From an uncultured virus (IMG/VR IMGVR_UViG_3300007345_000003) (Duplodnaviria > Heunggongvirae > Uroviricota > Caudoviricetes > Crassvirales): a stretch of DNA of 64,000 nucleotides. The notes beneath the pieces are model-generated. The model was not told the origin of the DNA, did no database searches, and was given only the letters and a program-made list of their open reading frames with translations. The translations under genes were made by a program, and so were the position numbers. Where the stretch lies: the IMG/VR virus record IMGVR_UViG_3300007345_000003; one strand, given 5' to 3'. Of the stretch, positions 19,866-32,100 are shown piece after piece. Every line of letters begins with the position of its first letter. Position 1 is the stretch's first letter.

Positions 19866-20119
19866 AGCCCTAGGTCTTCTGCGGTTACTACTTCAGTCCA
19901 GTCTGTACCAGCTAAGATCGCTGTGATCTGAGAGTACGTGTATGTTGTCTTGCCTGAGAAAAAGTCAGGTAGTGGAGTCTGGTACTTGATGACAGCTTGT
20001 GTACCATCAAGTGAGTACCTCAACACAGTCTTGTCTGTGTAGGGTAGCTGATCAAAGTCAATTGTAGAATTGACGTCATCCAACTCTGTCTTCGGTATGA
20101 TTACAAACTTCTTCATCAC
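19862..20119 (-). CDS. Small protein commonly adjacent to LamG tail proteins (85 aa)
   Basis: FVII...IDFDQ...LRYSLDGT.AVIK...Y..I..IL....W motif; overlaps the LamG gene stop. Confidence 0.65.
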   Translation of the reverse strand: MMKKFVIIPKTELDDVNSTIDFDQLPYTDKTVLRYSLDGTQAVIKYQTPLPDFFSGKTTYTYSQITAILAGTDWTEVVTAEDLGL

Positions 20120-20922
20120 GGTGGAGTTGGGGTGGTTACAAATGCTGGATCACCTTCTGTTGTTGCAACTGTTGCCAAACTTCCTGAGTTTGTGAGATCG
20201 TTGTTAAGTCTGTACCAGTTTTGCAGAAATGAAGATGACGTGTAGTCTCCACTATCTGAGCTGATGTCGAACGTCTCTCCGCTGTTGTACAAAGCTGTGA
20301 CTTCTGCTGCACTCAGTTGTGTTGTCCATGTAGCTATCTCATCAAACGTACCAGTTGCATGTCCTGAGTAAGTACCGTTCGATCCTTGATACGCACCGAA
20401 TGGCATATTAAATGGGACTCCAACAAGCGTTGCTTCTTGTACTGTACCTGTAGACGCGCTTGTGCTGATCTTTTCTACCCCGTCTACGTACAACTTAAAC
20501 GTACCGTTAGTACTTGCCCCACCCTTTCTTAGTGTTACTACAAAATGCACATAGTCTGATGTGCTAGGGGTACCTGCTGCTGCTAACCCTGAGTATGCAA
20601 CACCTCCTAGTTTAATATTTGTTTGCCAGTATACTGCTCCAATGTTCAGCGATCTTACAAATACTGCAGTAGTGTTAGCACCTGTAGTGGTGTCAAAGCC
20701 CATCAAGTAAAATGTCTGCCAAGAAGACACTTTAACCCAGAATGAGATAGAGAAATCACTTCTCATCAAGGTCTGCAAGGCACCAGATTTATAGGTCTTA
20801 ATCACATCACCTGTCCCATCTAAGTCTATGGCATGCGTATTAGAGTAGGGAGCAACTCTCTCTACACTACCTGCATCTACTATAGCAGCACCTGGACTTA
20901 TATTTAGGCTGAGACCAAGCAT
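20116..20922 (-). CDS. LamG/concanavalin A-like domain tail protein
   Basis: LDGTGD, FSISFWVK, YVHFVVT, KLYVDG and G.FDEIA.W...LS..EV..LYNSG LamG hallmarks. Confidence 0.85.
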   Translation of the reverse strand: MLGLSLNISPGAAIVDAGSVERVAPYSNTHAIDLDGTGDVIKTYKSGALQTLMRSDFSISFWVKVSSWQTFYLMGFDTTTGANTTAVFVRSLNIGAVYWQTNIKLGGVAYSGLAAAGTPSTSDYVHFVVTLRKGGASTNGTFKLYVDGVEKISTSASTGTVQEATLVGVPFNMPFGAYQGSNGTYSGHATGTFDEIATWTTQLSAAEVTALYNSGETFDISSDSGDYTSSSFLQNWYRLNNDLTNSGSLATVATTEGDPAFVTTPTPP

Positions 20923-21209
20923 TACTCACACTTCCTGTATGCTATGATAGCTCCACCTGTAAGTTGAAGTGAGCTGAAGTTTCCGAATATTGTCACTCCT
21001 TTAGGCAGAGTAGTGTCTGTATCCAGATCGTCTATGTTAGAAACGACTCCGCTTGCATCAAGTTGGGTGCTGTCTGCGATTACAGTAAAAGCTACAAACC
21101 TACCTGTAACAATGGTTGCACCATCTATAAGAACGCCTCCGCATTCACCTGTCCTTGCCTGTCGGTCAATGGAGCTCAGCAGTCTTTCTTCGTTTGTTGT
21201 ATATGCCAT
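20922..21209 (-). CDS. Small virion protein (95 aa)
   Basis: LPKGVTIFG.F..L.L..G..IAY motif typical of small tail-associated beta proteins; coupled start/stop. Confidence 0.6.
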   Translation of the reverse strand: MAYTTNEERLLSSIDRQARTGECGGVLIDGATIVTGRFVAFTVIADSTQLDASGVVSNIDDLDTDTTLPKGVTIFGNFSSLQLTGGAIIAYRKCE

Positions 21210-21211
21210 GA

Positions 21212-21895
21212 TTATTGTCCTTGTTGTTTATCGTTAACGGTGTCGTTTATACTATTTGTTAGCATAGCGAATTCACCTTGTACCAAACCTTGTGTTATAG
21301 CGCTAACCATATCTAAAGGTAATGGGTATGCCATCTGGTCGTCATAACAATAATCGTTTTCACATGTAGCAAATTTCCCTACTTCTTCGGGATCTTCGAA
21401 CACGCCTCTAACGTTTATCTTTTCCATACCGTTAGGTTCGTAGACGTAAATATACTCATCAATGACGTAATAACGTGTAAGTCTAGATGTATATTTATCG
21501 TATGGAATCCATTCCAGTTCGTAGGGTTCCATCTTAGGTATGGTGTCTGCACCGTTTACTTTACCTATGAATGTAAAAGCATCAGTGAGATTGAACCTAA
21601 CAGTCTTAGGCATTCTCCTGTTGGTTCGATATATGGTACATCCTGTAGGTACTGCAGGACCTATGGTTCCTTCGCAGCATCTAGCCCAGTTGACTCTTTC
21701 TAGGTCTATGCATCCCAGGTCTTGTTCTATGGTTTTAGAGACGTACCCATTCCGTGAGTAGTCTCTACGTATCATCATAGCCCTGTAATGCTGGATGTTG
21801 AACTTTATCTGATCGATAGATATAAGTTCATCGTTACTGCTCCTGCCGCCCCTAAGCAGGTTCAGTATGTTATATGCCATTTCGTCAAGAGTCAT
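21212..21895 (-). CDS. Tail ring/structural protein (crAss-like)
   Basis: MTL.E..YNI...RGG...D, Q.LGC..LE.V and ..INVRGVFEDPEEV...CYD....YP motifs. Confidence 0.75.
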   Translation of the reverse strand: MTLDEMAYNILNLLRGGRSSNDELISIDQIKFNIQHYRAMMIRRDYSRNGYVSKTIEQDLGCIDLERVNWARCCEGTIGPAVPTGCTIYRTNRRMPKTVRFNLTDAFTFIGKVNGADTIPKMEPYELEWIPYDKYTSRLTRYYVIDEYIYVYEPNGMEKINVRGVFEDPEEVGKFATCENDYCYDDQMAYPLPLDMVSAITQGLVQGEFAMLTNSINDTVNDKQQGQ

Positions 21896-22175
21896 CGTAC
21901 TTCTTTTTAACGTGCACTAGCTCAGCACACTTTTCGTATTCTTCGTTGTCTTCAAAGTATTGTATGATGTCGTCTACAATCATGCGAAATGTCTCAGGCG
22001 CAGAGGGGTCAAAGGGCAGGAAGATCATGTCGTCTGCTTTGTCCAAAAGCTCACGCACAGTCATCCCACCCGTAGCTATCGAATATGCATTTCGATAAGC
22101 CTCGTCAAGTATCTGTATCTCCTCTTCTAATGAGGAAATATTCTCTTCTTCGTCTCTGTCTTCAAACTCTAACAT
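21885..22175 (-). CDS. Small acidic protein (about 96 aa, probable start MLEFED)
   Basis: C-terminal YFE..EEYEKCAEL motif; ATG at 22175 minimises overlap with the upstream gene. Confidence 0.6.
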   Translation of the reverse strand: MLEFEDRDEEENISSLEEEIQILDEAYRNAYSIATGGMTVRELLDKADDMIFLPFDPSAPETFRMIVDDIIQYFEDNEEYEKCAELVHVKKKYDDS

Positions 22176-23295
22176 TTGCCTGTAAATAGCCCTCAAGTCC
22201 TGTGGACTTATTCCATATATATGCTTGCCCTGTTCTTTTAGCTTCATACCCCATTTGCTTATGCCATTCATCGTTAGGACAAATAGAAGGTATGAACCGT
22301 ACTTTGATACCTCTGTACTCATTTACCATTTCTTTGTGGAGATGCCCGCAGTGCACTTCTCGGTGTTCTGTACGTGCAAACATCTCTGGTTTTTCAGTTG
22401 CCATTATTAGTGGCATGTCTGCAGGTTTCTCCTTATCACCATGTGTGAACATGATCATGTTCGTGCCATACTCGTAGTACTTGCGTGAATCATAGTCATT
22501 GTCCACGGTGACATTGGCATCATTTCTATACCATCCTGCTAACACATCTCCTGCATAGAACATGCGTTCGTAGTCATGGTTACCTGATACAACGATTACA
22601 TCTACCGGTGCTCTTTGCTTAAGGAAGTCGATCGCAGTAGTCATCAGTTGCCAGTAACCTCTAAAGGTATCCTTCCACCCAGCAGAGTCCTGCTGTGGTG
22701 TCCCTTTGGTTGTAGTACCTCTCATACCCTCAGAGTTCATACCGTCATTACCGATGGGAAGTATGAATCTTTCTATATCAAGTCCCGCCGCTTTTCTCCA
22801 GAGTTCTTCCACCACCTTCATGTACTGCTTCTCAACCTGATCAAGTGTCAGGCTATGAAGCTTTCCGTAGTGGATGTCGGGCAATGAGATCTCGTACGCT
22901 ACTGGCTCAAGAGCAGGCTTGTAGTCTACTCTGTTAACCTTGGGGCTGTACTTAGCTGCAAAGCTTTCTATCTCATCTTTGATTGCTTCGACGCTCATTG
23001 AGTCACCCTTTGTGACTACAGAGAATCTCTGCTGTCCTGACACAGTCTGCCAGAACTTTACACTAGAAACGTCGGACGGGCTGATGCCGTTCTTGTCAAG
23101 GAACTGTTCGAACTCACTAATGACACTCTCGTTATCATTCGTGTTTTCTTCATTACGTGCCAGCTTCCTGGCTTCGTACAACGCTGTCTCACAATCTTCG
23201 ATAGGGCAATTAAGTCTCTCAGATAGTACGTCAGCGCTTTTCTTAAGGTATCCTCGCCTCTCGGCGATGAAGTCTTTGATTTCGTTTACAGTCAT
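22162..23295 (-). CDS. Calcineurin-like metallophosphoesterase
   Basis: DIHYG, GND, GNHD, HGD and GHLH metal-binding motifs in canonical order. Confidence 0.85.
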   Translation of the reverse strand: MTVNEIKDFIAERRGYLKKSADVLSERLNCPIEDCETALYEARKLARNEENTNDNESVISEFEQFLDKNGISPSDVSSVKFWQTVSGQQRFSVVTKGDSMSVEAIKDEIESFAAKYSPKVNRVDYKPALEPVAYEISLPDIHYGKLHSLTLDQVEKQYMKVVEELWRKAAGLDIERFILPIGNDGMNSEGMRGTTTKGTPQQDSAGWKDTFRGYWQLMTTAIDFLKQRAPVDVIVVSGNHDYERMFYAGDVLAGWYRNDANVTVDNDYDSRKYYEYGTNMIMFTHGDKEKPADMPLIMATEKPEMFARTEHREVHCGHLHKEMVNEYRGIKVRFIPSICPNDEWHKQMGYEAKRTGQAYIWNKSTGLEGYLQANVRV

Positions 23296-23738
23296 GTGTT
23301 TGGTTTACGACTTTTTTCAATTGTTCTACCTGCGAAGTATGCACCGAATGCAGTAAGCATAAGTATCTCGAGCAGAGATACATAGCTGTCCTTTACATTG
23401 AAAGGCCATGCGTCCATGGAGTCTGCTATCATTGTAGCCATGAACATCACCATCAAACAGATCAGTGTGACGGGTCTGATGTACTTCGCAAGCTTTACAT
23501 CGCTACCCATGTCGGCTTTCCACCGCTCAGTAACGTTGTTTTGAAATGCTATCTCAGCATCTATCTTAGCCTTTGCTTCGGCTGGATCAATCCCTGGCTC
23601 TTTGTCCAAGAGATTCTTTACGACACCAAGTGCACCTTGGTCAGGGAGTAGGTCACCTACTGTACTAAGTACGTTAGGTGCCTTCTCCTTTAACCATTTG
23701 CCAAGGCCGGTATCTTTTATTTTTTTACGCTCACTCAT
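23292..23738 (-). CDS. Putative holin (3TM/GTA-holin-like)
   Basis: RW.ADM.SD..L.K.IRP followed by two hydrophobic helices, ending AYF.GRT.EK. Confidence 0.7.
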   Translation of the reverse strand: MSERKKIKDTGLGKWLKEKAPNVLSTVGDLLPDQGALGVVKNLLDKEPGIDPAEAKAKIDAEIAFQNNVTERWKADMGSDVKLAKYIRPVTLICLMVMFMATMIADSMDAWPFNVKDSYVSLLEILMLTAFGAYFAGRTIEKSRKPNT

Positions 23739-24124
23739 TTTGCTGCTCCAGCTAGAACTTCAAGACGAATGCCGTTTGAATCATTACCGTAGAGCTTAAG
23801 ATCATCTCCTGTCTCAGTTCTCCAGGGGAACAGTGTAAACTGCCCAGGGCCGAGTCTCATGATCTGTTGGCTGCCTATGATTACATACAAGTACTTGCCA
23901 GTAGCTGTAGCCCGGTTCTTAAGAAAAACCAGAACGTTCTTATCTGCTCCGTAGGTAGATACTTGCAACATTGTCTCAGCAGCACCACTAGTGGTTGCCG
24001 TAATGCTACGTATGTATCTGTCTACGTCCGAGTCTAGCGTATATGCTTTATCGTTCCTAGACGCAAAAGCGTTAGTGAATATGTTCTTAGACTGCAGCTG
24101 CAGCGTTGTATTAATCGAGGCCAT
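23735..24124 (-). CDS. Putative tail/virion beta-rich protein (129 aa)
   Basis: LVFLKN...LGPGQFTLFPW pattern; probable paralog of 19158..19547. Confidence 0.6.
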   Translation of the reverse strand: MASINTTLQLQSKNIFTNAFASRNDKAYTLDSDVDRYIRSITATTSGAAETMLQVSTYGADKNVLVFLKNRATATGKYLYVIIGSQQIMRLGPGQFTLFPWRTETGDDLKLYGNDSNGIRLEVLAGAAK

Positions 24125-24527
24125 CAGTAATTATTTGTAGTATTTTTTCTACCTGCTCTCCTGTAATGTCATCAGGAAGCTGGTCTTCTCTTACGGGGTG
24201 AAGCTGGAGAGTAACGCTTTCATCAAGCATGTCCTCAACCTTTTTCATTTGGTCCTTGCGCTCTTCGATCAAGTCCTTGTTGTCTTCCTCCAACTGGTCC
24301 ATAGCTTCTTTGTCTTGTGCTTCGACGAGATCTCTCATCTGGATAGACACAGTTTGGAAAGCCGGTGAGGGAACAGCTGCCTGTTCAATTGGGTTAAGGA
24401 TGTGACGAATCTCCTTCATGTTCTTGCCGACAAGCATAGCGAAGCGAGAGCCTTTAATGTCCTTAACTCCTTCCAGTCCTCTGTACAAGTTGAGGAGTTC
24501 ACGGTTAGTACCTTCAAAATTGATCAT
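24111..24527 (-). CDS. Hypothetical helical protein (possible tail-fibre chaperone)
   Basis: Acidic helical ORF directly after the tail fibre gene, with a TAAATTTG promoter upstream. Confidence 0.55.
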   Translation of the reverse strand: MINFEGTNRELLNLYRGLEGVKDIKGSRFAMLVGKNMKEIRHILNPIEQAAVPSPAFQTVSIQMRDLVEAQDKEAMDQLEEDNKDLIEERKDQMKKVEDMLDESVTLQLHPVREDQLPDDITGEQVEKILQIITDGLD

Positions 24528-24552
24528 AATGTTTGGGTTATAGGTTTATATG

Positions 24553-24560
24553 CAAATTTA
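24553..24560 (-). promoter_or_regulatory. Bacteroidota -7 element (TAAATTTG)
   Basis: Exact TAnnTTTG match in the intergenic gap, 25 nt upstream of ATG 24527. Confidence 0.65.
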
Positions 24561-24567
24561 CACAGAA

Positions 24568-26181
24568 TTAGTTTATAACTAGGAAGTTGACTCTCATAAC
24601 TCCTGCAGTTGTACCAGAGTTTTCTTGGTTGTGCAGGAGTATAGTGAATGTACCTGTACCTTGGTTACCTAGAGATACTGAGTATCTAGCGTTAGCTGTC
24701 CCAGTCTTATCGAACAAGGTCAGTAGTATGAGTGAGTTTGCAGTTACTAAGCTGTTGCTTACATCAAAGGATGCGGTCGCGTCCCCTGCCAAAGTACAGG
24801 TGCTGCAAAGTGTTATCTTACCACTTGTAGTATTGAGAGTTACCCCATCTACAAACCCTGCTGTAGCTCCTTGAGTCACTGATCCCATACCTGTATGTAT
24901 GATTCCGTGATCAGCGGCTGTGAGGGTTATGTCCCCGTCTGCAACTGTGAGGTCACCTGAAGTGATGTTAACTTGACCACCCGCGACTCTGAGACTACCG
25001 TTGTTTACAGTAACGTTTTGAGACTCGTCTACGGTAAGTGCATCAGTATCTGCTGTACGAATCTTTACGCTGCCATCTGTACCACTACCAGCTTTACGGC
25101 CTCCGTTGATTGTCAGTGCGCCCCCACTACCGTTAGTATCACCGTCTCCAGCTTTGATTGTGACGTCTCCGCCTGCGTTACCTGTACCAGATGCACTTGC
25201 GCCTTGTATTGTAAAGTTGGATGTCGCTCCAGTGATGGTGTTCTTTACCGACAGGGTTTGGCTGTTACTGCCTGTGGTACCCAGAGAAATGTTGTTGGCT
25301 ACGTTGAGGTCAGATGTGAAGTAAGCTGTAGGGGTAGCACTACCTATGAAGACCTTACCTGATGTGTCTATGTTAATGCCTTCGTTGGTTACGTCGTTGC
25401 TTATCCAACCACTGCCCATCCCCAGGTTGTTGTCGTCAAAGTCTACGTTGGCTGTTATACTACCAATGCTGGAAGATATCTCTATCGCACCTGCAGTATT
25501 GTTTATTGACACATTTGTGCCGGCAGTCAATGTAGACCATGCAGGCTTACCTGTGGTTTCATTGTGTATGAGAACCTGACCGTTTGCTGTAGGTGTGACT
25601 TGCTGTATGTCATTTGTGTCGTTACCAAACAACACCCCACCTTTTACAATAGAGGACAACCCTGTACCACCGTTTGCTTCTGGAAGAATACCAGCTACAT
25701 CTGTAGTAAGGGTAACTGTAGTCAGGTACTCATTGGTAGTGTTCCTAAAGTTGCTGAGGTCGTAGTTAGAGGGGTCCCACGCCAAGAGGATGTTACCCTT
25801 CGTAGTGTCGTTGGCGTCTGTTTCTTCAACAATCTGTATGGGGCAGTTTGCATTGTTGTGCTCTCCGGCACTTGGCATTGATATGCTCCCGTCAAAGTCT
25901 ACTCTAAATCCTTTGAAGATGAGTGTATTGTTGTCTATACCTGTAGTGGTATCTGCGCTACCTCCTCCCACGAACAGCTTTGAAGAGTTTCCTATATTAA
26001 CCAAGGACGTGCTGTTTGCACCGTTGTTATGTGCAAGCGTTCCGTTGTTCAGTTTAGGGAACACGTCTGTAATAGGCAGCTGGAATGATCTACCCGTACT
26101 TCCATTGGACAGGAGCAGTACGTCGTCAGCCGTAGTTTCCCTTTTAGATTTTACCGGTAGTGATGTAAGTCTTTTAGCCAT
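24568..26181 (-). CDS. Tail fibre/spike protein (537 aa)
   Basis: Gly/Thr/Asn-rich beta repeats; GILPEANGGTG and NGQVL...P.W shaft motifs; GG.VTI.AG.G...GG.L.I.GG repeats. Confidence 0.75.
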   Translation of the reverse strand: MAKRLTSLPVKSKRETTADDVLLLSNGSTGRSFQLPITDVFPKLNNGTLAHNNGANSTSLVNIGNSSKLFVGGGSADTTTGIDNNTLIFKGFRVDFDGSISMPSAGEHNNANCPIQIVEETDANDTTKGNILLAWDPSNYDLSNFRNTTNEYLTTVTLTTDVAGILPEANGGTGLSSIVKGGVLFGNDTNDIQQVTPTANGQVLIHNETTGKPAWSTLTAGTNVSINNTAGAIEISSSIGSITANVDFDDNNLGMGSGWISNDVTNEGINIDTSGKVFIGSATPTAYFTSDLNVANNISLGTTGSNSQTLSVKNTITGATSNFTIQGASASGTGNAGGDVTIKAGDGDTNGSGGALTINGGRKAGSGTDGSVKIRTADTDALTVDESQNVTVNNGSLRVAGGQVNITSGDLTVADGDITLTAADHGIIHTGMGSVTQGATAGFVDGVTLNTTSGKITLCSTCTLAGDATASFDVSNSLVTANSLILLTLFDKTGTANARYSVSLGNQGTGTFTILLHNQENSGTTAGVMRVNFLVIN

Positions 26182-26182
26182 T

Positions 26183-29100
26183 TTAGAATATTATTTCGTT
26201 CCCGTCTTCGTCTTGGAATCCTATGGATGAATTACCACCAAAGTCCTGGGTTCTGTTGTTAGGACCAATGCCCTGTCCTTCGTTACTTTCATAGATGCCT
26301 GAGTTTGCAAGTGGATCTATCTCACAGTTGTCGCAGTATCTCTTGATGAAATCCACGAATGTCTGGAAGTAGTTCTCTGGGTTGCCCCCGCTTTGGAACT
26401 TGACGTTGATGCACGCTTCCCACACTCTTTGCTTTTTGTCTGCTGTTACTCCTGGGAGTGTCATTCCAGGAGACCAATCTGACTTTGCAGTGTAGTAGCT
26501 TGACGTACTCACTCCGTTCACGACCCTCGTGTACTTGACTGTAGTTCCTTTTCTGTAGTTGCTACTTGCAGCGAATCTTTGATATCTGCCTGCAGCCCAC
26601 CTTGCTTTACAGTCGATCTCTTTCATTCTATTGCTGAAGCCTCTAACCTTACCGTTTCTCTTGACCCCGGCTTCATAGTTATCGCAGTCAAACAAACAAT
26701 CAAGGTTGTTCTTTGAGCCTTCGATGAACAAGTATGCAATAAGAGCAAGCTTGGTTGTATCTACGTCATCCAGGTGTATGCCTGCTTTGAGTCGGAACAT
26801 GTACTTAAGTGCATCTCCGCTGGCGCAGGACATCAGTACCTGAGTCAACCAGTCTTTGTCGTACTCTTCATTTAGAGCTGCTTCCTCGAATATCGGGTTG
26901 CATACAATTGTAGTAGTTGTGAACGTTTCGATGGGCTCACACTCATTGTTTGCTACACTCTGCTCGCATGGTTGTTGTCCAGGGTTGCACAACTCTGGAT
27001 TTAGCAAACACTCTGGATTACAATCGTTGCCTACACAAGGACAGTCACCGGTCTCTAGGCAGTTCACGATAGGTGGATTTACACAGTCCGGGTTGTTCGG
27101 GTCTGGGCAGGGATCTTCGACGCAGCCCTCTCCTGTTGGGTCATCTTCACAATCTGTACATCCTGCACCATTACAAGCGTAAGTGCACTGGCCGTTGTCT
27201 GCATTTTCCCCTCTACACTCAGGGTCGTAGTTAGTCGCACTTTGATCCGCGCAGCACTTACCTCCTCCCTCGCAATCTCTGAGGCTTGCACTGAATCCTC
27301 TACTTCCTGCTGTTAGTGTTTCATCTGCACGTTTGTCGCATAGAAGACACTCTGGGTGTGTTGGGTACAAGTCGCAGAAGTCACATGTAGTGCAGTACAC
27401 ACAAGTGCCATCGTCAATTGTTGCGTCTGGGTCGTAGTTCTCGGCCCCAGGGTCAGTGCAACCTGCTACGTTGTCTGGACAGTCATCCGGGTTTGTAAAC
27501 TGGTTACAAGGTTGAGGACAGTCATCTGTGTTCGTTATCATGTCAATGACATGATAAGTTTGCTCATCTGCGAACTGACCAAACTCTGCAATACAGTCTT
27601 CAAGTCCCCCGAAGTTTTCACCAACAGCTGTTGCGTCGATGTGGGGTACTACAAACAGAAGGTATTGACCCCCAGTTAAGTCGTTGGTTGGTCCAAAGAG
27701 CGCACCTAACGGAACATTTATTTCATATTCAGAACCCGCTAAACTTTCCCCTATACCAAATGGGTCACCGTTTGTTATAGGTGTGGTAGTCATATCCCCA
27801 ACTCCTATGAAGGCTGCAGCAGTATTACTCATAGTCAGGAATTCTCCTTCTCCTAGGCCTTGTATAGCGGTTACGTTGTTGTCGTAGAAGACCATGGCCT
27901 CACCAACAACGTTGATGTTTCCTCCGCTTACGTAGGCTACGAACAGTACAAAGTTTCCTTCGTTAGCTCCAAGTGCTCCTGTTGGGCTTGATACCGAGTA
28001 GTCTTGGACTGTGACAGTCATACTGCCATCGTAGTTCGGGTCGTAGTAATAGTACGGCTCTCCTCCATCACTGGGCTCTGCTACGTAAACGCAATCTGAG
28101 CTTGCTCTGGTTGACTCTACGTCCGTTATGAATATAGAGTTAAGTGCATCATTGAATATTTCTTCGCATGGTATGTACTCGCAGGAACCATCATCGGAGT
28201 TTGCGTCCGGGTTGAAGTTCACCGCTGTCTCGTCCATACATCCCTCTACCAAGTCTACGCAGTCTTCTGAAGTTGACACGTATGAGATAAGTTCTGCGGG
28301 GCAGATTACTGATGTTGGGTTACCGTCATCGTCTACTATGTAATCTACTACATCCAGCAGACTTACAAACTGGCCGCTGTTATCTATAAGTCCAGTTGCT
28401 TGAAGTGTAACTCCTATCACAGCCTCACCCACAGATCCGTTGTTATCCTGATCGAAGTCAAAAGGACCTGCATTTATAACAGCATTTGCTCCCTGGAATG
28501 TGCTGATCACTGACTGTGTTATAGCTATCTCTGGATTAGGTACGTAGAGACCGTTTTCTACTATGTGAGAAACTACTGTCTGTTCAAGAATACCATCTAC
28601 AGTTATCTCAACTATGTAATAGAATGCAAATCCTGTCTGCGGTTCAATGAGTTGATATGCATCTCCTAGAGTTCCACCTTGTCCTGGGTCTGACTGTACA
28701 AAGAATCCATCGATAAGAATGCTGAAATTAGCTTCTCCGTACACATTTCCATTCTCGTCTGGTCCGACGCAGTCTGTAGCTATTTCTGTAAGACACCAAG
28801 AGTAGAAGTTGCCGCAAGTTACACTTTCGTCCTCTCCTTGGAACTCACATATTCTTGAGTTGAGCAATCCTGTAGATATACCATCCTCAGATGTTACACA
28901 GAAGTTAGGTGTAAATACACCGGAGCCATCTGCGAGGAATGTATTAAATTGGTCTGTTGGGGTGTTTACTCCAGGGTAGAAACTTACTCCATCCCATGGA
29001 GTTCCTTGCCACGGAGCATTGTCTGCTCCTGCATAGTTTCCTGCGGAAGTTGATGTTGGATCAGTACATTCACAGTATTCCACGAAGAAGTGGTAGGCCA

Positions 29101-32100
29101 TGTAGTAGAACTGCTTCTGACCGCAAGTCTGTAGTGGTTGGAATCTAAGTACAGCTACATATTCTCTTCCTGCTTCTAGCCCTATGTCTGTTACTGTACT
29201 TGCATCATCGGGATCAAAGTTTCTAAAGTAGAATGAACTAGCATCACCAGTGTACTGGTTTGCTAGTGTTGCTACCTCATCGAAACTTTCCAACCCAACT
29301 CCAGAGAAGTTCCCAAATATATCATAGTACACATTTGTTTGTGCAAATGTTGATCCGTCTCCATTGCTTTCTACCGCCCAACCATTACCGAACGTGTTAG
29401 CGGGCACAGTTCTGTTCTGCCAGTCGTCGTACGTATATATCTGACATACCCACCTAGAAGCAAGCTCAGAAGTAATCATATCGTTTAGTGCAACCTGATA
29501 CCCACCACTATAGCTATCGTTGCCTAATTGCTGTTGAGAGCCTTGGTCAGATGCAGGTACAAGACGGTCAAGCAAGGCATCATGCCTCATAGCGAAGTAT
29601 GTAAAGGCTGTATTAGGTCCTCCTCCTGATCCGCTTGTTAACGCGTTCTCTGAAGTGTTTACTGCATTAAACAAGTTACCATCCTGCCAGTCATAAATAT
29701 CTGGGCTTGACGTTGGTACGTCAGCCAGTCCCCCTCCAACATTTCCTATATATGTAGCGGGGGCTGTTCCGTATAGTCCGTTTGCGCTAACACTGTCTAC
29801 GTTTCCAGGAGTTGTATTTATAAGAAGTGGAAGTGCTTGCACAAAGTGTAAGGCATTTGCATCCGAGTCTAAGGCAGTTTCGCAGAAGTAACAACTGCCG
29901 TCATCCACGTTGGCGTTAGGATTGAAGTTCACTGCGTTTTCATCAGTGCACCCTTTAATAGAATTATCTGGATCTCCGTCGCCGTCGTTATCTTCAAATC
30001 CTGTGTCAATAGTGTGATCTCCTATTACAACAAACTTCCTATTTCTGTATGGGGGTTTGTCTTTGGATACGTCGCTGCACTCTGTAGTAATACCTAACGA
30101 CAGTATAGAACATTCTACCTCTGTGTTTTCCCAGCTCTGTGTCCATCCCAAGTCTACATGAGCTCTTTTAGGATCGGTTCCTGCTATTGCTAGGCTTCCT
30201 GCTGAGAACAACAGCATATGTCTGTGAGGTTCATCATCACTTGAGGCAGCACTGTTATATCCGGCTCCACCTATCGTGGCAAATACTCTTGCTTCATCTG
30301 CTGAGTCATGAACAAAGAACTGCAGGTCTTGATCTATGTATGGATCTCTGCCGGGAAAATACTTGTATGTAAAAGTATTAGTATCAGCTAAGACATCCGT
30401 TGGATCAGGCAAACTGAGGCCCAAGAACTCTGTTTGGAAGATGTCACCGTACCCATTAAATCCTAGGCCAAACTCAGAGAGAAGGACTGTCTGAGTGGAG
30501 TTGGTTGTTGTTCTGTACTCTACAGAGGTTGCAGCGGCGAGCGTTCCGTCAGCGAGGTAGTTTAAGGCGTAGCCGTTATCTACATTGGCGTTTCCTGTTA
30601 CTGAGAAGTATGAGTTTACGTACAGCAGTGATGGAAAGGCATCTGCACCACCTGTCCCCGTTTCTGAGTACTGATCAGTTACAACGTTTCTAGGATATAT
30701 GACTACTGTTTCAAACCTTTTGCTGTCAGGGCTAGTGCCCTTTCCGACTTCGCCTACAGGTAGTGACTCTACAACATTTCTACATCCGCACCGGTCATAG
30801 TCTAGTTCCTCGTTACATAGAGACAAGTTTCTGAATCTAACTAAGCTTGTTTCGTTTTCGTCCCCTAAAACAGCCCACGTTGCTTCAGAATTTTTATCTG
30901 TGCAGAAAGTTGAGTTTACACCATTAATGCCGTTGGCAGCTATAGCGTATGTGGGAGGTAGTGTTGAACTGCCCCCTCCGGAAGTAACGTTAACTCGGTA
31001 CTTAACTCGGTGTAGGGTGTCTCCAGCTCCCTGCTCTGTTATTGGAGAAAACCCATAAACGTCAGTAAAAGTTGGTATGTCTGAAGTAGCCCAAGGCGCA
31101 TAATCGTCATTACTAATCGCTATAGCTTGAGGAGACTCTGCGTATACAAATGCTGTATAAGTGAAGAGCACAGAACTTGACAAGTTCTGACTGTTAACAG
31201 CGGCTGATGCTACTGTGGGCCACCCAGAAGTTAACCCTGTAGATGCTGGCGTAAAGCCGGCTTCTCCTCCTCCTATGTTAGCTCCTATGGTTCTTGAGGC
31301 GTTGTAAAAGGTTTGGTGTATTCTGGTTGCATGGTACACACCAGAGAACAATTTATCATATGCTGGAACCAGTTCTTGGTTCTCCGAGGTAGAAATATAG
31401 TTTTGGAAACTGTGCGCTGACGTGTTGTCTGGGTCAGCCCCCATGTAAAATGCATTTGATATAAAGTCCTGCCACCCTATATTTCCGATAAGTACTGCGT
31501 TTAAAGCCTCAAGACGCATATACTGACTGCCTCCTAGAGCTGTCTGGTTAGAGGCATCAGGATTGCCTGACGCTTCATTGTATGATGATTGAAAAGCCCA
31601 ACTAGCATACCAAGCCCAAATGTTTACGTCATTTGAGTTGATTGCACTACCTACACCATTTGTAATGTTGTAGTTAGTAGTTGAGTTTATGGTGAAGTTA
31701 GTGTTCTCCCACTTATAGAAAGTAACATAGTGCATAAACTCAGACTGAGCATGCGGGTAGTAAGGACTTCTGTAGATACCTCTGTCTGGGTGTACTCTCA
31801 GATTCTCACACCTAGCGTTGGATCTGGTTGCTGAGTCATCATACCCGTAGGTATCTCCTAGTTCATATCCTTGGTTTGGTATGCCTAGACCTGTAGGTAG
31901 GAAATCACCACCCACGGTCTGTGGTAGGTAAGACCCACCTATAGAAGACGCACCGTATTTTGTATCTCCGTAACTAGGTCCTACTACGTACTTCCAGGCA
32001 TAGAGTCCATAATTTATATATCCATGGGTTTCCCCTATGTTTAGTTGTGGTCCGTGGAATTCAAGCAAGCTGAATTGATCGCCCTTACGCTGGCTTCTGT

